NCBI GenBank assembly: GCA_000004695.1
Contig: CM000150.2
Location: 4,544,001 to 4,608,000, forward strand
Direction of reading: 5' to 3'
DNA: 64,000 nt
Origin: Dictyostelium discoideum
Taxonomy: Eukaryota
The stretch's first letter is position 1. Each line of letters begins with the position of its first letter. A program made the translations under genes and the position numbers. Shown here in pieces: positions 29,901 to 41,884 of the stretch. The notes under the pieces were generated by a model that did not search any database, was not told the origin of the DNA, and worked only from the letters and a program-made list of their open reading frames with translations.

Positions 29901-31494
29901 CAAGTTTATCAGCCAATTCTTTATCTTGTTTCTCTTTTTCTAATTTATCAGCCAATTCTTTCTCTTTTCTTTGTTTTTCTTCTTTTTCTTTTTGTTCCTT
30001 TTCAAGCTTATCAGCCAATTCTTTATCTTGTTTCTCTTTTTCTAATTTATCTGCTAATTCTTTCTCTTTTTTCTCTTTCTCTAATTTATCAGTTAATTCT
30101 TTTTCAAGTTTTTCTTTTTCAAGCTTTTCTGCCAATTCTTTTTCTTCCAATTCTTTTTTCTCTTTCTCTAAACGTTCTTTTTCAAGTTTTTCTGTTTCTG
30201 CTGCTGCTGCTGCTGCTGCTAATTCTTTATCTTTTCTTTCTTTTTCTTCTTTTTCTTGTTTCTCTTTTTCTTCTTTTTCTTCTTTTTCTTCTTTTTCTTT
30301 TTGTTCTTTTGCAAGTTTATCAGCCAATTCTTTTTCTTGTTTTTCTTTTTCTAATTTTTCAAGTGATTCTTTTTCTTGTTTTTCTTTTTCCAATTTATCA
30401 GCCAATTCTTTTTCTTGTTTTTCTTTTTCTAATTTATCAGCCAATTCTTTCTCTTGACGTTCTTTTTCTAATTTATCAGCCAATTCTTTCTCTTCTTTTT
30501 CCTTTTGTTCTTTTGCAAGTTTATCAGCCAATTCTTTCTCTTGACGTTCTTTTTCTTCTTTTTCCTTTTGTTCTTTTTCAAGTTTATCAGCCAATTCTTT
30601 CTCTTTCTCTAATTTCTCAGCCAACTCTTTTTCTTGAGATTCTTTTTCAAGTTTATCAGCCAATTCTTTTTCTTCTTTATCTTTTTTTTCTTTATCTAAA
30701 CGTTCCTTTTCAAGTTTATCAGCCAATTCTTTTTCTTCTTTTTCTTTTTTCTCCTTTTCAAGTTTATCAGCCAACTCTTTCTCTTGACGTTCTTTCTCTA
30801 ATTTATCAGCCAATTCTTTTTCTTCTTTTTCTTTTTTATCAGTTAATTCTTTTTCTATTCTCTCTTTTTCTTCTTTTTCTAATTTTTCATTTTCTTCTTG
30901 TTTTAATTTTTCAATTTTTTCAGAATCTTTTTTATCTAATAAATCTTGAAGTTTTCTTTGTTCTTCTTCTTGTTGTAATCTTCTTTCTTCTTTTCTTTTT
31001 TCACGTTCTTCTCTAATTTTTTGTTGTTCCAATTCTAATTTTTTAGCTTCCTCTTCCAATTCTTTTCTTCTTTTCTCTCTTTCTTCTTTGGCTGAAATTG
31101 CTTGTGCTGATAATAATGAAGTTGATGAATCACCACCACTATTCTCAGAGATTGAATAAGATGATGTTGATGGTGATAATGCTATACTACTACTACCACT
31201 TGTGGGAGTTTTTGGCGATGTTATTCTATTTGCTTTATCAGACTCTAATTTCTCCATCTCTTCCTTTAGAATCTTTTCATCTTCCTCACGTTTCTTTCTT
31301 CTCTCTTCACGTTCTTTTTGTTTTTTTAATCTTTCTTCTTCATCTTTTTTCTCTTGTTCCGCTGCTAATCTTTGTTGTTCTTCACGTGCTTTCTTTCTTT
31401 CTTCATTTCTTTTCTCTCTTTCTTGTGCTTCCTTTTCTAATTCTAAACTTTGTTGTTTTAAATCCTCTAATCTTTTTTTTCTTTCTTCATCCAT
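26908..31494 (-). CDS. Villin/gelsolin-family protein with a C-terminal villin headpiece and a very long E/K-rich repeat (coiled-coil) N-terminal half; 1528 aa
   Basis: The C-terminus ...LSDEDFEKHLGSRAEWDALPAWKKTEKKKVSGLF is a canonical villin headpiece. Upstream gelsolin-type segments carry the FWKLIGG, LLDNRKNVFVWSGL and LNSRDCFII motifs. The N-terminal about 700 aa are dominated by repeats of KELADKLEKE(K/R)QEKE encoded by a 30-nt DNA periodicity at about 29700-30900, with a poly-Ala (gct)7 insertion. Confidence 0.8.
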   Translation of the reverse strand: MDEERKKRLEDLKQQSLELEKEAQEREKRNEERKKAREEQQRLAAEQEKKDEEERLKKQKEREERRKKREEDEKILKEEMEKLESDKANRITSPKTPTSGSSSIALSPSTSSYSISENSGGDSSTSLLSAQAISAKEEREKRRKELEEEAKKLELEQQKIREEREKRKEERRLQQEEEQRKLQDLLDKKDSEKIEKLKQEENEKLEKEEKERIEKELTDKKEKEEKELADKLEKERQEKELADKLEKEKKEKEEKELADKLEKERLDKEKKDKEEKELADKLEKESQEKELAEKLEKEKELADKLEKEQKEKEEKERQEKELADKLAKEQKEKEEKELADKLEKERQEKELADKLEKEKQEKELADKLEKEKQEKESLEKLEKEKQEKELADKLAKEQKEKEEKEEKEEKEKQEKEEKERKDKELAAAAAAAETEKLEKERLEKEKKELEEKELAEKLEKEKLEKELTDKLEKEKKEKELADKLEKEKQDKELADKLEKEQKEKEEKQRKEKELADKLEKEKQDKELADKLAKEKEEKERKEKELADKLEKEKKDKELADKVTKEKEEKDKKEKEFKLKLEKEQKEKELKLKQEREFAEKEERDRLEREKISKSIEKETKSSTITDQFKLSIEKQLQSQLENKKKPVQVTEDNSSSDGSTSTLTSLTKDRVKMKGRQAPSKSHKAPGSTSTSNGGGDDDVGSDQQPSLLSKALESNKNNESSPTTKKKIVLPPGAVGGIMGSMASLAMEAQKKKMEIENNKLLSNVLKDEPAAPNFVRGRSQSVSVTSTLKQDPNKFLNHKKSIDTYSGLRARLVHCKGKKRILTKEVEISINSLNKMDAFVLDCGIENSNVGGESVDSNSHSTIFTWYGSKSTANKKAKAVAIAEIIKSHERGGHATIIKLDEGDENELFYKRIGGGSSHKSTINPDGGDDLEAELNWASSFTLLKYLTDKDQLIHIDTKSLSMELLESDGFYVLDTVSEFYEWSGRNSDQSLKEQFHKKCQERLKNNQHRQSWVESVVLSEGGETVLFREKFFDWPDLSHEVSLQRMGFGKKRVFDVSIPYEKKSPAKMNQFQVREMVEIERAEEVLKSDGSGEYEIWYIENCKSYPLPKEEYGHFFSGCCYLIRYTYTKWNALKYAIYYWQGADASRQDVGSSSLLSKDLYIETSARGECSQDPERQGRETNHFNMIFNGKMVVHKGDRTTYQFNNNTTRMYHVFGKKSNAITASQTSKLSSTCLNSRDCFIITNCSTNQTFIWESKGSNKQLKEESSKLASLSNSISKSKTNPIIKVIKEGSEPDEFWKLIGGNGKYANFDYVYQNVPTDWENQIKLFAIVNTGTIIRADEIYRFSQYDLTPSKVYLLDNRKNVFVWSGLRAQEKEKKRGMEIAIDYVKYLADSRTENDVLFITQGDEPLSFTCYFHCWDSLRLNNSNNNNNNSNGSSNNTADGADELDDGASPKNAVNLLKKYYQVLPFEKLIEKNTPPEIDRSVLEMYLSDEDFEKHLGSRAEWDALPAWKKTEKKKVSGLF

Positions 31495-32952
31495 TCTTTT
31501 TTTTTTTTTTTTTTTTTACTTTTTTTATTATTATTACAATATTAAATATATATATTTATATAAATACAACAATTTTTACTTTATTATATATATATAATAA
31601 AAATAAATTTAATGGATTTCAAAATTTTATTTTATATTAAAAAATAAAAATAAAAATAAAAATAAAATAAAAATAAAATTAAAAGAGTATCCATATAAAA
31701 TTTAAATAATTTGATTAGTATGTTCTTTCAAAAATTAAATAATAATTTATGTAATTCATCTAAAACAATTAATTTTTTTGTTTTTATTTTTTTTTATTCA
31801 ATTTTATTTTTGGTTCTGTTTCATTTTTGTTTTTATTTTTTTTTTTTTTTTATTTTTGTAAAAATTAAACAAATCTTACCTTTTAAAATTTAATGATTTT
31901 TTTTTTTTTTCTTTAAATATTAAGATATTAAAAAAAAATCTAACCAAACAATAATTAAATTCAATTAATATATTTATATAGTAATTAGTAAAATAATATA
32001 TTAGTTGATTTCCTAAAAATGATTTTTTTTCTATTTTTAATTAATGTGACAATGTTTTTTTTTATTATTGTTTTTTTTTTTTTATTATATTTATTTATTT
32101 TTTTTTATTTTTTATTTTTTATTTTTTATTTTATTTATTTATTTTTTGAGTGTTTAATTAAATTTTACAAATTAACTTACTTGATATTATTATTATTATT
32201 ATTATTTTTATTACAATACAGTTAAAATATATGTTGTGATTTGTGTGTATGTGGTGGTATATGTTGAGTGTGTGTGAGTGTGGTGTGTGTATATTTAAGT
32301 TGTGGGTGAATGTATTTATTTATATTGTTAAATATAATATGTGATATTTGAAACAATGAATGTCCTTTTTTATATTTTTTATTTTTTTATTTTTTTTTTT
32401 GTTTTGTTTTATATTCTCTTTTATTTTTTTTTATTTTTATTTATTTTTATTTATTGTTATTTTTATGATAACTAATAATTGGAAAAAAAAATAAATAAAA
32501 TGAAGGTAAAAAAAAAAAAAAAAAAAAATAATCTAAAAATACAACAATATATCTTTGTACTATCACGTTAATTATTTTTAAATTTTTTTTTTTATCTTTT
32601 GACAAACAAAACAAAATAAAATTAAAAAAAAAAATAAAATAAAAAAAAAAAAAAAAAACAAAAATGGGCGAAAATTTCGAAAACCAGTGCAAACTGCCCA
32701 ACACACAACCAAATAAAATCTTTTTTTTTTTTTTTTTTTCTTTTTTTTTATTTTCATTTTATTTTTTATTTTTTTTTTTTTTGATGGTTCAAGGTTTTCT
32801 TATTTTCAAATAAAAAGTTTGTTTATCAAATCAAATCAATTTGATTTGAATTTTATTTTTATTTTTTTATTTTTTTTTATTTTTTTATTTTCATTTTTAA
32901 AATATTTTTTTTATTTTTATTTTATTTTTATTTTATTTTTTTTTTTTTTACA

Positions 32953-33576
32953 TTAATGTAAGGATGGAATTGAAATGAAAAATGGATTATGAGCATTACA
33001 ATTTTCTTTACAACAAGATGAAAATTCTTGATTACATTGAGGATCTAAAGTTGAAGTTTTCCTACCACTACATGGTACACATTGAAGTGGTGGTGGTCCC
33101 CAAATGTTTAAACAAGTTGAAACTTTTAATGTACCACAATATTGATTCGTTTGATTATTGTAACAATTAATCCTTGAAGGACATTCAAATTTTGGTAAAA
33201 ATTCTTTAACAATTCCCCAAACACTTTTCTCACCATTTATTTCATCACCCATTACAAATTGATTACTCTTTATGTAATCTTGATTTACAGGGAATCCATA
33301 GTCATCTAAAACACTACTTAAACCAAAACCACCAACTGGTATATGATTACATCTTGGTGATTGTGATCCAATGAATTTTAATCCTTTAAATCTTAATTCT
33401 AAATATCTATCATGATTCCAACAATCACAATTATTTTTTAATAATTCTGGTTTATTCGTATTTGGTTTATTTTCAATTTTATCTTCAAATTTCTATAAAA
33501 TAATAATAATAAAAAAAATTATTAATAAATACCAACCTTTGGTTCCTTTTAAAACCCAAAAATATGGGGGTGTGAA

Positions 33577-33629
<53 letters not shown>

Positions 33630-34426
33630 AAAATACATACATTTTCAATTACCCAATTTTCAATTATATTAAAATCTAAAATTAATTGATTAATAATTGA
33701 TCTATCTAATAGCCAAGATAAAACTTTAAATTCAATTTCACCATTAAAAGTGACTTTATTTAATTGATTTGGTACTAAAAGTGATAAAGAGTTTTCATTT
33801 CTTATACTTTTTCTTTTAAGTGGTTTATCTAATAACCAATTATATTGTGGATGAGTTGTATGTAGAAAGAATGCAGTGGTAGCGAATTTAATTGATTTAT
33901 CTTTTTTCATTATTGATTTTGAAGCTTCAAAAAATTCGAAAACATCTTTTGAAATTTCAACATCCTCTTCAAATATAATTAATGATTGTAAATTTGGAAA
34001 TAACTTTTCAACAGTGAATTTCATACCGTGTACTAAATTTTTAAATGCAAAATATGCATTCCCATATGGTTGTTTACTTGATGATTCAGTTTCAATATGT
34101 GTTATTGATTTAAATAATTTTTGATTTTGATTTTGGTTTATTTTTTCATTTAAAATATCTTCCAATTGATTATACTCGTTATAATCGTTCATTGAAACTG
34201 ATTGTGTTAATACTAAATGATATTCGTTAGAATGATTTGCACTAATTATACTATCTAAACATTTACTAAAATCATTCATTCTTTTGAATGTCATTATTAA
34301 TATAACTTTTACATCTTCACTTGAATCTATAATTTCTTCATTTTTAAATAATGATTTTGGTGTAGTGTTTGATTTTACAATATTAACAAAAATAAATATT
34401 AATAAAAATAATGAAAAAATTTTCAT
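32953..34426 (-). CDS. GT13-family (GnT-I-like) glycosyltransferase with an N-terminal signal/anchor and a Cys-rich C-terminal region. Exons 33641..34426 and 32953..33492; intron 33493..33640 (gtatgt...ag).
   Basis: MKIFSLFLLIFIFVNIVKS... then VKVILIMTFKR...CLDSII... then SLIIFEEDVEISKDVFEFFEA. These parallel the MGAT1 regions VIPILVIACDR...CLDKLL...AVVVEDDLEVAPDFFEYF (the EDD catalytic motif). The second exon joins in phase 0 and adds about 179 Cys-rich residues. Confidence 0.6.
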
Positions 34427-35149
34427 TTGTTAATATTAACAAGAATGTGTTTTTCAAATTTCGATCATTTTTTTTTTTTTTTTTTTTTAAATTTTTTTTT
34501 ATTTTTAATTTTTTTTTTTCACCCTACTTTTTTTTTATCTATTAATTTATTTTTATTTTATTTATATTTGCCTACTTTTTATGATTTATCATTAGATTTC
34601 AGATTATTTTTTATTTATATATATATATATTTTTTTTATTTATTTTATTTTTTTTTGAGAATATATTCCATAATGTGTATATTGTTAATTTTTTATGTTG
34701 GCAAAAATTAAAAAATGTTTGATTATGAATAATATATTTTCACCACACTTCAACACTCATAAAAAAAGACCCACAGTATGAGATAATTAAAAGACACATC
34801 GTTTTCTAATAAAAGTGGGGAAAAAAATAATAAAAAAAAATAAAAAAATCATATAATTATATGAAATATACACACAATTTGTTTTTATTTTTTTTTTATT
34901 TTTTTTTTTTATTATTTTTTTTATTTTTTTTCATTTTTTTTGTATTTGTATTTTTTTTTTATCTTTCTTATTTTTTTATTTTTATTTTTCCACATATATT
35001 ATTCTTTATTTTTTGAAGATTATGATTTCAGATACATTGGAAATCAATTTGTCAAAAACGGTAACTATTTTTCAAATAATATTACTTTAAATGTTGTTAT
35101 TTTTTATAATTATTAATATTTTTTTTTTTTTTCCAACTGACAATTTTAA

Positions 35150-35180
<31 letters not shown>

Positions 35181-35455
35181 GTAATTCAGTCCAAGATTTC
35201 GTTTAATTTAAGAATACCTTTTCATTTTGTAGTTGGATTGGGCCTTTGAAATGTAAGTTTTCTACTTTTTTCAAATAATAAAACCTTTTTTTTAAATGAA
35301 TTTATTTTAATAGTAATATTATTTTTTTTTTTATTTCTTCTTTTTTGATTTCTTTTTTTTTTTTTTTTTTATTTTTTAATAGAAAAAATTATTTAACATT
35401 ATCATTTATGATTCCAATTTATTTAAACTTTCTCTTTTAAATTCATTTTTTATAG

Positions 35456-35487
<32 letters not shown>

Positions 35488-35490
<3 letters not shown>

Positions 35491-36763
35491 AAAAATAATT
35501 ATTCATTGCTATTACTACTATTATTTATAAATATATTTTTTATTTCATTTGGTTCATCAATGAATCAAGTTACTTTGGATGAAACAACAAATTATATTTT
35601 TCAATGGGAATTGATAGAAAATGATGAAATTTTAATAATATGTAAATATAAACTCTTTTTTTTTTTTTTTTTTTTAATTTAGATTTACTAATTTAATTTT
35701 TTTATTATTTATTTTTTAATTTTTATTTTTTTAAAAAAAAAAAGTATCAGCAAATATAAAAACATGGTTGGGTATTGGATGGGGAAATGAAATTAATGGA
35801 ATGAGTAATGCAGATTATGCAATTGGAATATTCGATAATAAAGGTAATTTAAATATGAGTGATATGGTAGTAACACCAACTCAAAAAATGAATAAGCCAA
35901 GTTACGATACGAAAGTCGGTGGTACAAATGATATTTTAACATCATATGGTTATCAAACATCAGATTACACATATATAAAATTCACAAGAAAATTAGTAAC
36001 TGGCGATTTAGTTGGTGATAGAGATTTATTTGTGGATGGAAGAATGACAACTTTAATTTGGGCAAGAGGTTCATCCCAAAATTTAACATATCACGGTCAA
36101 AATAATCGTGGTGAAATTTCAATTGATCTAAGTGGTGCTAATAAATCAGTTCAAGTAAATAATAGTAAAGATGTGTATCTATATTGGCATATTTCATTAA
36201 TGTTGGGCTCATTTTTAGTTTTAATGCCATTTGGTATTTTCGTAGCAAGATATATGCGTCATTATCACTACTGGTTCCCATTACATTATTTATTACTAGG
36301 CACAGCATTCACATTCTCAATTGTTGCTTTCATTTTAGCATTTATGATGACATCAGATAGAAAATTCTCAAAACATCTATTACATGCCTGGTTTGGTTTA
36401 TTTACAATCATTCTAATGTGTTTAGTTGTAATTGGTGGTGTTATGAGCCACTTGTTATGGAAACCTGATAGAAAGAAAACTCCAATATTTCCTGATATCA
36501 TACATGCTTTTTTGGCAAGATTAACTTATTTAATAGCACTTGTATCAATTTGGACTGGTTTAAATACTTTTGAAATTCCAAAACAATTTTCAATTGTATT
36601 AGGTTTTGTTGTCTCTTTATTCTTTGGTTTAGTTATATTTTTAGAAATTTACAGAAAAAGATACCCAAATTCAGTTGGTGACCATGGTTTTGATAAAAAA
36701 GAAATTAAATTACAAGAAAGAAATAGTAGTACTGTTGATTCAACCATAAATATAAATAATTAA
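35488..36763 (+). CDS. DOMON domain plus cytochrome b561 (ferric-reductase-type) membrane protein. Exons 35488..35641 and 35745..36763; intron 35642..35744 (gtaaat...ag, phase 1).
   Basis: A signal peptide MKNNYSLLLLLLFINIFFISFGS, then DOMON-like ...WLGIGWGNEINGMSNADYAIGIF.... This is followed by a 5-6 TM cyt-b561 core with paired His (HISLMLG...H, HAWFGLF...H). Confidence 0.7.
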
Positions 36764-36777
36764 TTTTTAATTTTCTG

Positions 36778-36815
<38 letters not shown>

Positions 36816-36925
36816 ATAATTAGAATTATAAAAAAATATTCCATTGAGAATATCTCATAAGATATTTTTAATTTTTATTTTATTTTTTTTATTCAACCAC
36901 TAACACCATTTCCCCACCACAATAA

Positions 36926-36976
<51 letters not shown>

Positions 36977-37401
36977 AATTATTTCTATTACTTTCACACT
37001 TTAATAGTAAATTTATATTTTCAAAACAGTAAACAGTTTCCATTAAAATCGTGGAGACCTAATATTTAAATCAAAATAGGAAAATATTATTTTTTTTGTT
37101 AAAGGTATGAAATTCTTTTAAAAAGTTAATAAAATATTTTTTTTTTTATTTTTTTTATTTTTTTTTTTGGTACAGAAAATATACAGAATAAATATTAATT
37201 TCCATTTTTTTTAAATTACGATTGGATATTTTGGTATTTTTTTTTGAAAATAAAAAAGAAAAAAAAATCAGAAAAATATCTTAAAAAAAATAAAAAATCT
37301 AAAATAATGAAGTGGAATGTTTTGAAAATTTTATAATTATTTTTTATTTCATTTTTTTTTTTTTTTTTTTCATTTATTTTTTTTTTTTTTTAAGATATAG
37401 A

Positions 37402-39474
37402 ATGGAAATAAATTTATTGAATTGGTTATTATTAAAAGGAAAAGAAGATTGGATACTTGAATATGTAAAGAGTTTATCAGATAATAATTTACATATAACT
37501 TTAAAATCACTTTATTTTCATTGTATATCTGAAATTGACTTAATTTCCTTTGATAAAAAGTATAGAAATTTACTATTAAAAGATATTGAACCAATTTATT
37601 TAAAATATAATAAAAATTCTCAAGAATTTATATATGGATGTGAAAATTGTTTAATTAAAAATAAAATTAAAGAAATAAATCAAATAAAAGAAAATCAAAA
37701 TTTATTTATCAAACCATTAATTACTTGTTTAGAAATAATAAAAAATAATAAAAGATTATTAATAAAAAAAGAAAATATAAATTTAATATTTAATCAACAG
37801 AGTGGTGAATTATTTTTAAATCAAATTTGGAGAAGTGATAGTATAAAGAATGAAATTATTAATTATTTATCAATTTTTAAATATCACAGATTTAAAATGA
37901 CATTTACATCAATTAAACAAATTCAAAAATATAAATTTAAAGATTATTTAGATCATGTAGAATTATCATTATCAAATTCAAGTTCAAATATAGATGGTGA
38001 ATCTATAAATGATTATTTAGAATTTCAATTACCAAATTCAATTAGAAAATTACAAATTAATTGTAATTATATTGATAATAATAATATTCTACAAACTAAT
38101 GATTACATTGAATATATTAGACCATCATCAATACCACCATCAGTTACATATTTAGATTTTAGTAGTAGTAGTATTGGTAGTTGCACAAATTATCATGATA
38201 ACCAAATAATTTTAAATAATAAACAAACATTACCAACAACAACTACACATTTAAATTATGATACCAATTTTATAAATCAAAGAAATTTTTTTCAGGAATC
38301 AATTACAATTTTAAAATTAGGAAATACTCAATTCACTTATTCAAATGAAAAAATTAAAATTGGTGTTTTACCATCACAATTGATTGAATTAGATCTAGGA
38401 GGTTATTATAATGAAATTGAAGAAAATGTATTACCACCAACTTTAAAATCGTTAACATTATGTCAAAGTTATAATAAAACTATTAAATTAGGTTGTTTAC
38501 CAAGTTCTTTAGAATATCTTTCATTTCATGGCGATTCTAATGCAATTATAAAAGATCATTCAGACACAAAAAAAGGTTGGTGGTCATTTTGGTCATACTT
38601 TTCAAACCAATTAAAAGAATCGCCACATCCACAACCAGTTTTAATTGTAGGTTCATTACCAATTAGTTTAAAAACTTTAAAATTATCATCACATCAATCT
38701 TTTTTAGATATTTTAATCTCAGAAGTTGTATCAATTTCTCATAAGTCTCTTACAAAGTTATCAATTATTCAAGAAAGTAAAATGTTTGATTATAAAACAA
38801 AAAAAGAATTATCAGATAGTGATGCCATTTTAAAATTTAATAATTGGAAACATTTAAATTTTAAATTACCACCGAGTGTAAAAATAATTAAATTAAACAC
38901 AAATAGATACTTTCAATTCTTAGAAAATGATTCATTACCATTCACTCATTTCAAAACAAATTCAACATGGGCAATTAAAACACTACCAAACACATTAAAA
39001 TCAATTTCATTGAAATCTCAATTCGATCCCTTCACAAATAAAAATCGAATAACAAATTATCCAGACTCTTTAGAAACATTAGTCATTGGTTCCATTGCTG
39101 ATATCCCATCGATTGATTCCATACCTAGTTCTTTGATTAGACTAGATCTCCTTTATGATTCTTCTTTTATTCCAAATTTTAATCATAATTTGTTAAAGTG
39201 CTCAAAATTAGTAACATTGAAAATACTATCTTTACCATCAACTTTTACAAAAGAATTAAATATTGATTTAGAATTCCCAAATTTAGAAATTTTATTTGTT
39301 GGTTCTTCAAATCCAAAAATTATAATATCACAACCACTAAAATCTTTAAAATTAAAAAAAATTATTATTAAAAATAATAATTATAATTTTATAGATAATA
39401 ATCTTCAATTTTATTCTCTTTTTAAAGTTTATAATAGTGATATAAAAAAAAATTTTTATAAACTAATATTGTAA
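37402..39474 (+). CDS. FNIP-repeat protein, paralog 1 (690 aa)
   Basis: Begins MEINLLNWLLLKGKEDWILEYVKSLSDNNLHITLKSL. It then has many approximately 22-aa FNIP-type repeats (LPNSIRKLQIN, IPPSVTYLDFS, LPSQLIELDLGGYYNEIEENVLPPTLKSLTLCQSYNKTIKLGCLPSSLEYLSFHG...). The track ORF starts earlier (37312) in a poly-T-derived F-rich stretch that is unlikely to be coding. Confidence 0.75.
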   Translation: MEINLLNWLLLKGKEDWILEYVKSLSDNNLHITLKSLYFHCISEIDLISFDKKYRNLLLKDIEPIYLKYNKNSQEFIYGCENCLIKNKIKEINQIKENQNLFIKPLITCLEIIKNNKRLLIKKENINLIFNQQSGELFLNQIWRSDSIKNEIINYLSIFKYHRFKMTFTSIKQIQKYKFKDYLDHVELSLSNSSSNIDGESINDYLEFQLPNSIRKLQINCNYIDNNNILQTNDYIEYIRPSSIPPSVTYLDFSSSSIGSCTNYHDNQIILNNKQTLPTTTTHLNYDTNFINQRNFFQESITILKLGNTQFTYSNEKIKIGVLPSQLIELDLGGYYNEIEENVLPPTLKSLTLCQSYNKTIKLGCLPSSLEYLSFHGDSNAIIKDHSDTKKGWWSFWSYFSNQLKESPHPQPVLIVGSLPISLKTLKLSSHQSFLDILISEVVSISHKSLTKLSIIQESKMFDYKTKKELSDSDAILKFNNWKHLNFKLPPSVKIIKLNTNRYFQFLENDSLPFTHFKTNSTWAIKTLPNTLKSISLKSQFDPFTNKNRITNYPDSLETLVIGSIADIPSIDSIPSSLIRLDLLYDSSFIPNFNHNLLKCSKLVTLKILSLPSTFTKELNIDLEFPNLEILFVGSSNPKIIISQPLKSLKLKKIIIKNNNYNFIDNNLQFYSLFKVYNSDIKKNFYKLIL

Positions 39475-40062
39475 TACAATAAATAAATAAATTCAGTTTT
39501 ATTTCTTTTTTATTATTTTTTTTTTTTAAAGAAATTTTTTTATTTTTAAGATATGTTGTTTCTGTTGCTATTGCTAATAATCAATTGATTTAAAATAATT
39601 TTTAACCTTTTAAAAAAAATATATCATCCCACTATTAGTATTTTTTCAATCTATAAATTTAAAATTAACAAATAAAAAACAATCATAAAAATAAAAATAA
39701 TTTTAATTTTATTGTTTTTTATTAAAATTAAATTATTTTTACCATACTTTCATGAAATAAGAAAATTAATTGAAAAAATTTAATTTTATAAAGACAAAAG
39801 GATTAATAGACATAGTATTAATACAGAATAAATAAAAAAAGTATACCTTTAATCTATTTATACGTTTATTTATTTATTTCATTGTATTTATTTATTATTT
39901 AAAAAACTTGGATAATATAAAATTGGTATGAAAATCTTAATAAGACTTATTGTTTTAATAATATTTAAAACTGAAATTTTAAAAGTAGATAATTTAAAGT
40001 TTTTTTTTTAAAAAATAATATAAATAAAGTAAATCATAAGAAATAAAACAATTTCAAAAATT

Positions 40063-40255
40063 ATGGATAATAACACATTTGAAACAATTTTAATTGGAGG
40101 TGGAGCTTCAGGTTCATTATCTGCAATTAACATTGAAAAAAAGCATCAAGTTTTATTGTTGGAAAAAGGTAATGAATTATTTCCTACATGTAGTTCCACT
40201 ACATGGAAGTTCTTTTAAAATTCACACTGGATTTCATCATGTTCGTGATCTAAAA
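40063..40255 (+). pseudogene. Frameshifted N-terminal fragment of an FAD-dependent oxidoreductase (DAO/L2HGDH-like Rossmann start)
   Basis: MDNNTFETILIGGGASGSLSAINIEKKHQVLLLEKGNELFPT (GxGxxG FAD-binding fingerprint). After a +1 shift it continues ...LHGSSFKIHTGFHHVRD, which resembles the GxNSGViHaG motif. It then runs into poly(A); no downstream exons were found. Confidence 0.4.
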
Positions 40256-41331
40256 AAAAAAATTATGAAAAAAAAAAAAAGTAAAAAAAAAAAAGTAAAA
40301 AAAAAAAAAAAAAAGTTAAAAAAAAAAAAAAAAAAAAAAAAGGTTAAAAAAAAAAAAACGTTTGAAAATATAGTAAAAATGGATAAAAAAAAAAAGAAAA
40401 TAAAAAAATAAAAAAAAAACCAAGTTCAAAATTAATAAAATTTTGCTTGTTTTCGCATATTTATTCTTATAATATATCTTATTTTTATTAATTCAATTCC
40501 TATATTTTTTAAAATAATAAAAAGTTTCATTTAAAATATATATTTTTTTTTTTTTATAAAATTTATTATTTTTTATCTTATTTTTTATCTTATTTTTTAG
40601 GGATTACTTATATTTTAATAAAATATGTTGAATATTATAAAATTTTCCAATTTATAATTTATTTTTTTATTTTTTAAACATCTTATTTTTAAAACCATAA
40701 TTAATAAAATTTATAACCTTCTTATATATTATCTCATTTTTTTAGTATTTATTATATTTTAATAAAATATGTTAAAAATTATATAATGTTTCAATTTTTA
40801 ATATATTTTATTATTTTTTTTATTATTATTTATCTTAATTTTTAATATATTTTATTAAAAAATAATAAAGGTTACATTTTTTATAAAATATCCTATTTTC
40901 TAATAATTATTATAATTATTTTTTAAAAAAAATAACCCCGAATTAATAAAATTTAAAAATTCTAATATATTTTCTTATTTTTTAGTATTAATTAAATTTT
41001 AATAAAAAATGCCATTTTTTTTTTTATAATAAGTTTCATTTTTTATAAAATTTATTTTTTTTATTTTTTTGTTATTATTAATCTTATTTTGTAATAATTT
41101 TTATTAATTTATAAAATAGCATTACAAACTTTTATTAAAATTTAATTTAATTAATTATATTTTAACATTTTAATAGGTTTTTTTTTCCAGTGTTATATTT
41201 TTGTTTAAAAAAAAAAAAAAATTATTATTATAATCAAATAATTAAATAATGGTATGTATTTATTTTAGTGTGGGAAAATTGTAAGGGTGGATGTAAATTT
41301 CGGCATTAAAGTGGTGAAAGTAATTTTGTGG

Positions 41332-41364
<33 letters not shown>

Positions 41365-41763
41365 TTATTATTAATTTGTTTTTAAATTTCAAATGATTTT
41401 TATTTGATTTAATCCAATCATATGTAATTAATTTTAATAATCCCTGTATTAATATTTTATCATCTGATAAATTTTTGAAAAAAATACTAAAAGACAATAA
41501 AAAAAAAAAAAATTAAAAAGTAATAATAATTAGCAAAAACAAAAAAAAAGAAAAAAAACAGTTCTTTGTTTAGTTTTTTTTTTTTCTTTTTTTTTTGTAA
41601 ATAATTCTTTAATAAATTTAAATTAAAACTTTCACACGAAAAAATCTGCCGGCATCCGGATATGAAATTTTCATTTTTTAGAAGATGAATTATTTCAATG
41701 AACACTGCCTTAATTAGTCATATGGGCCAACAAAAAATAAGAATTATCTTTCTTTATCGAGAC

Positions 41764-41884
<121 letters not shown>

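Noticed and set aside
29627-31016. Long + strand ORFs (276 and 372 aa, S/F/L-rich) overlapping the villin-like gene
   Set aside because: They are antisense or alternative-frame readings of the 30-nt KELADKLEKE repeat. The periodic repeat suppresses stop codons in all frames, and the minus-strand frame has the gelsolin and headpiece homology.
37312-37401. N-terminal extension MECFENFIIIFYFIFFFFFFIYFFFFLRYR of the first FNIP ORF
   Set aside because: It is encoded by a poly-T tract. The three paralogs all begin at the conserved MERNL/MEINL motif, so the start is placed at 37402.
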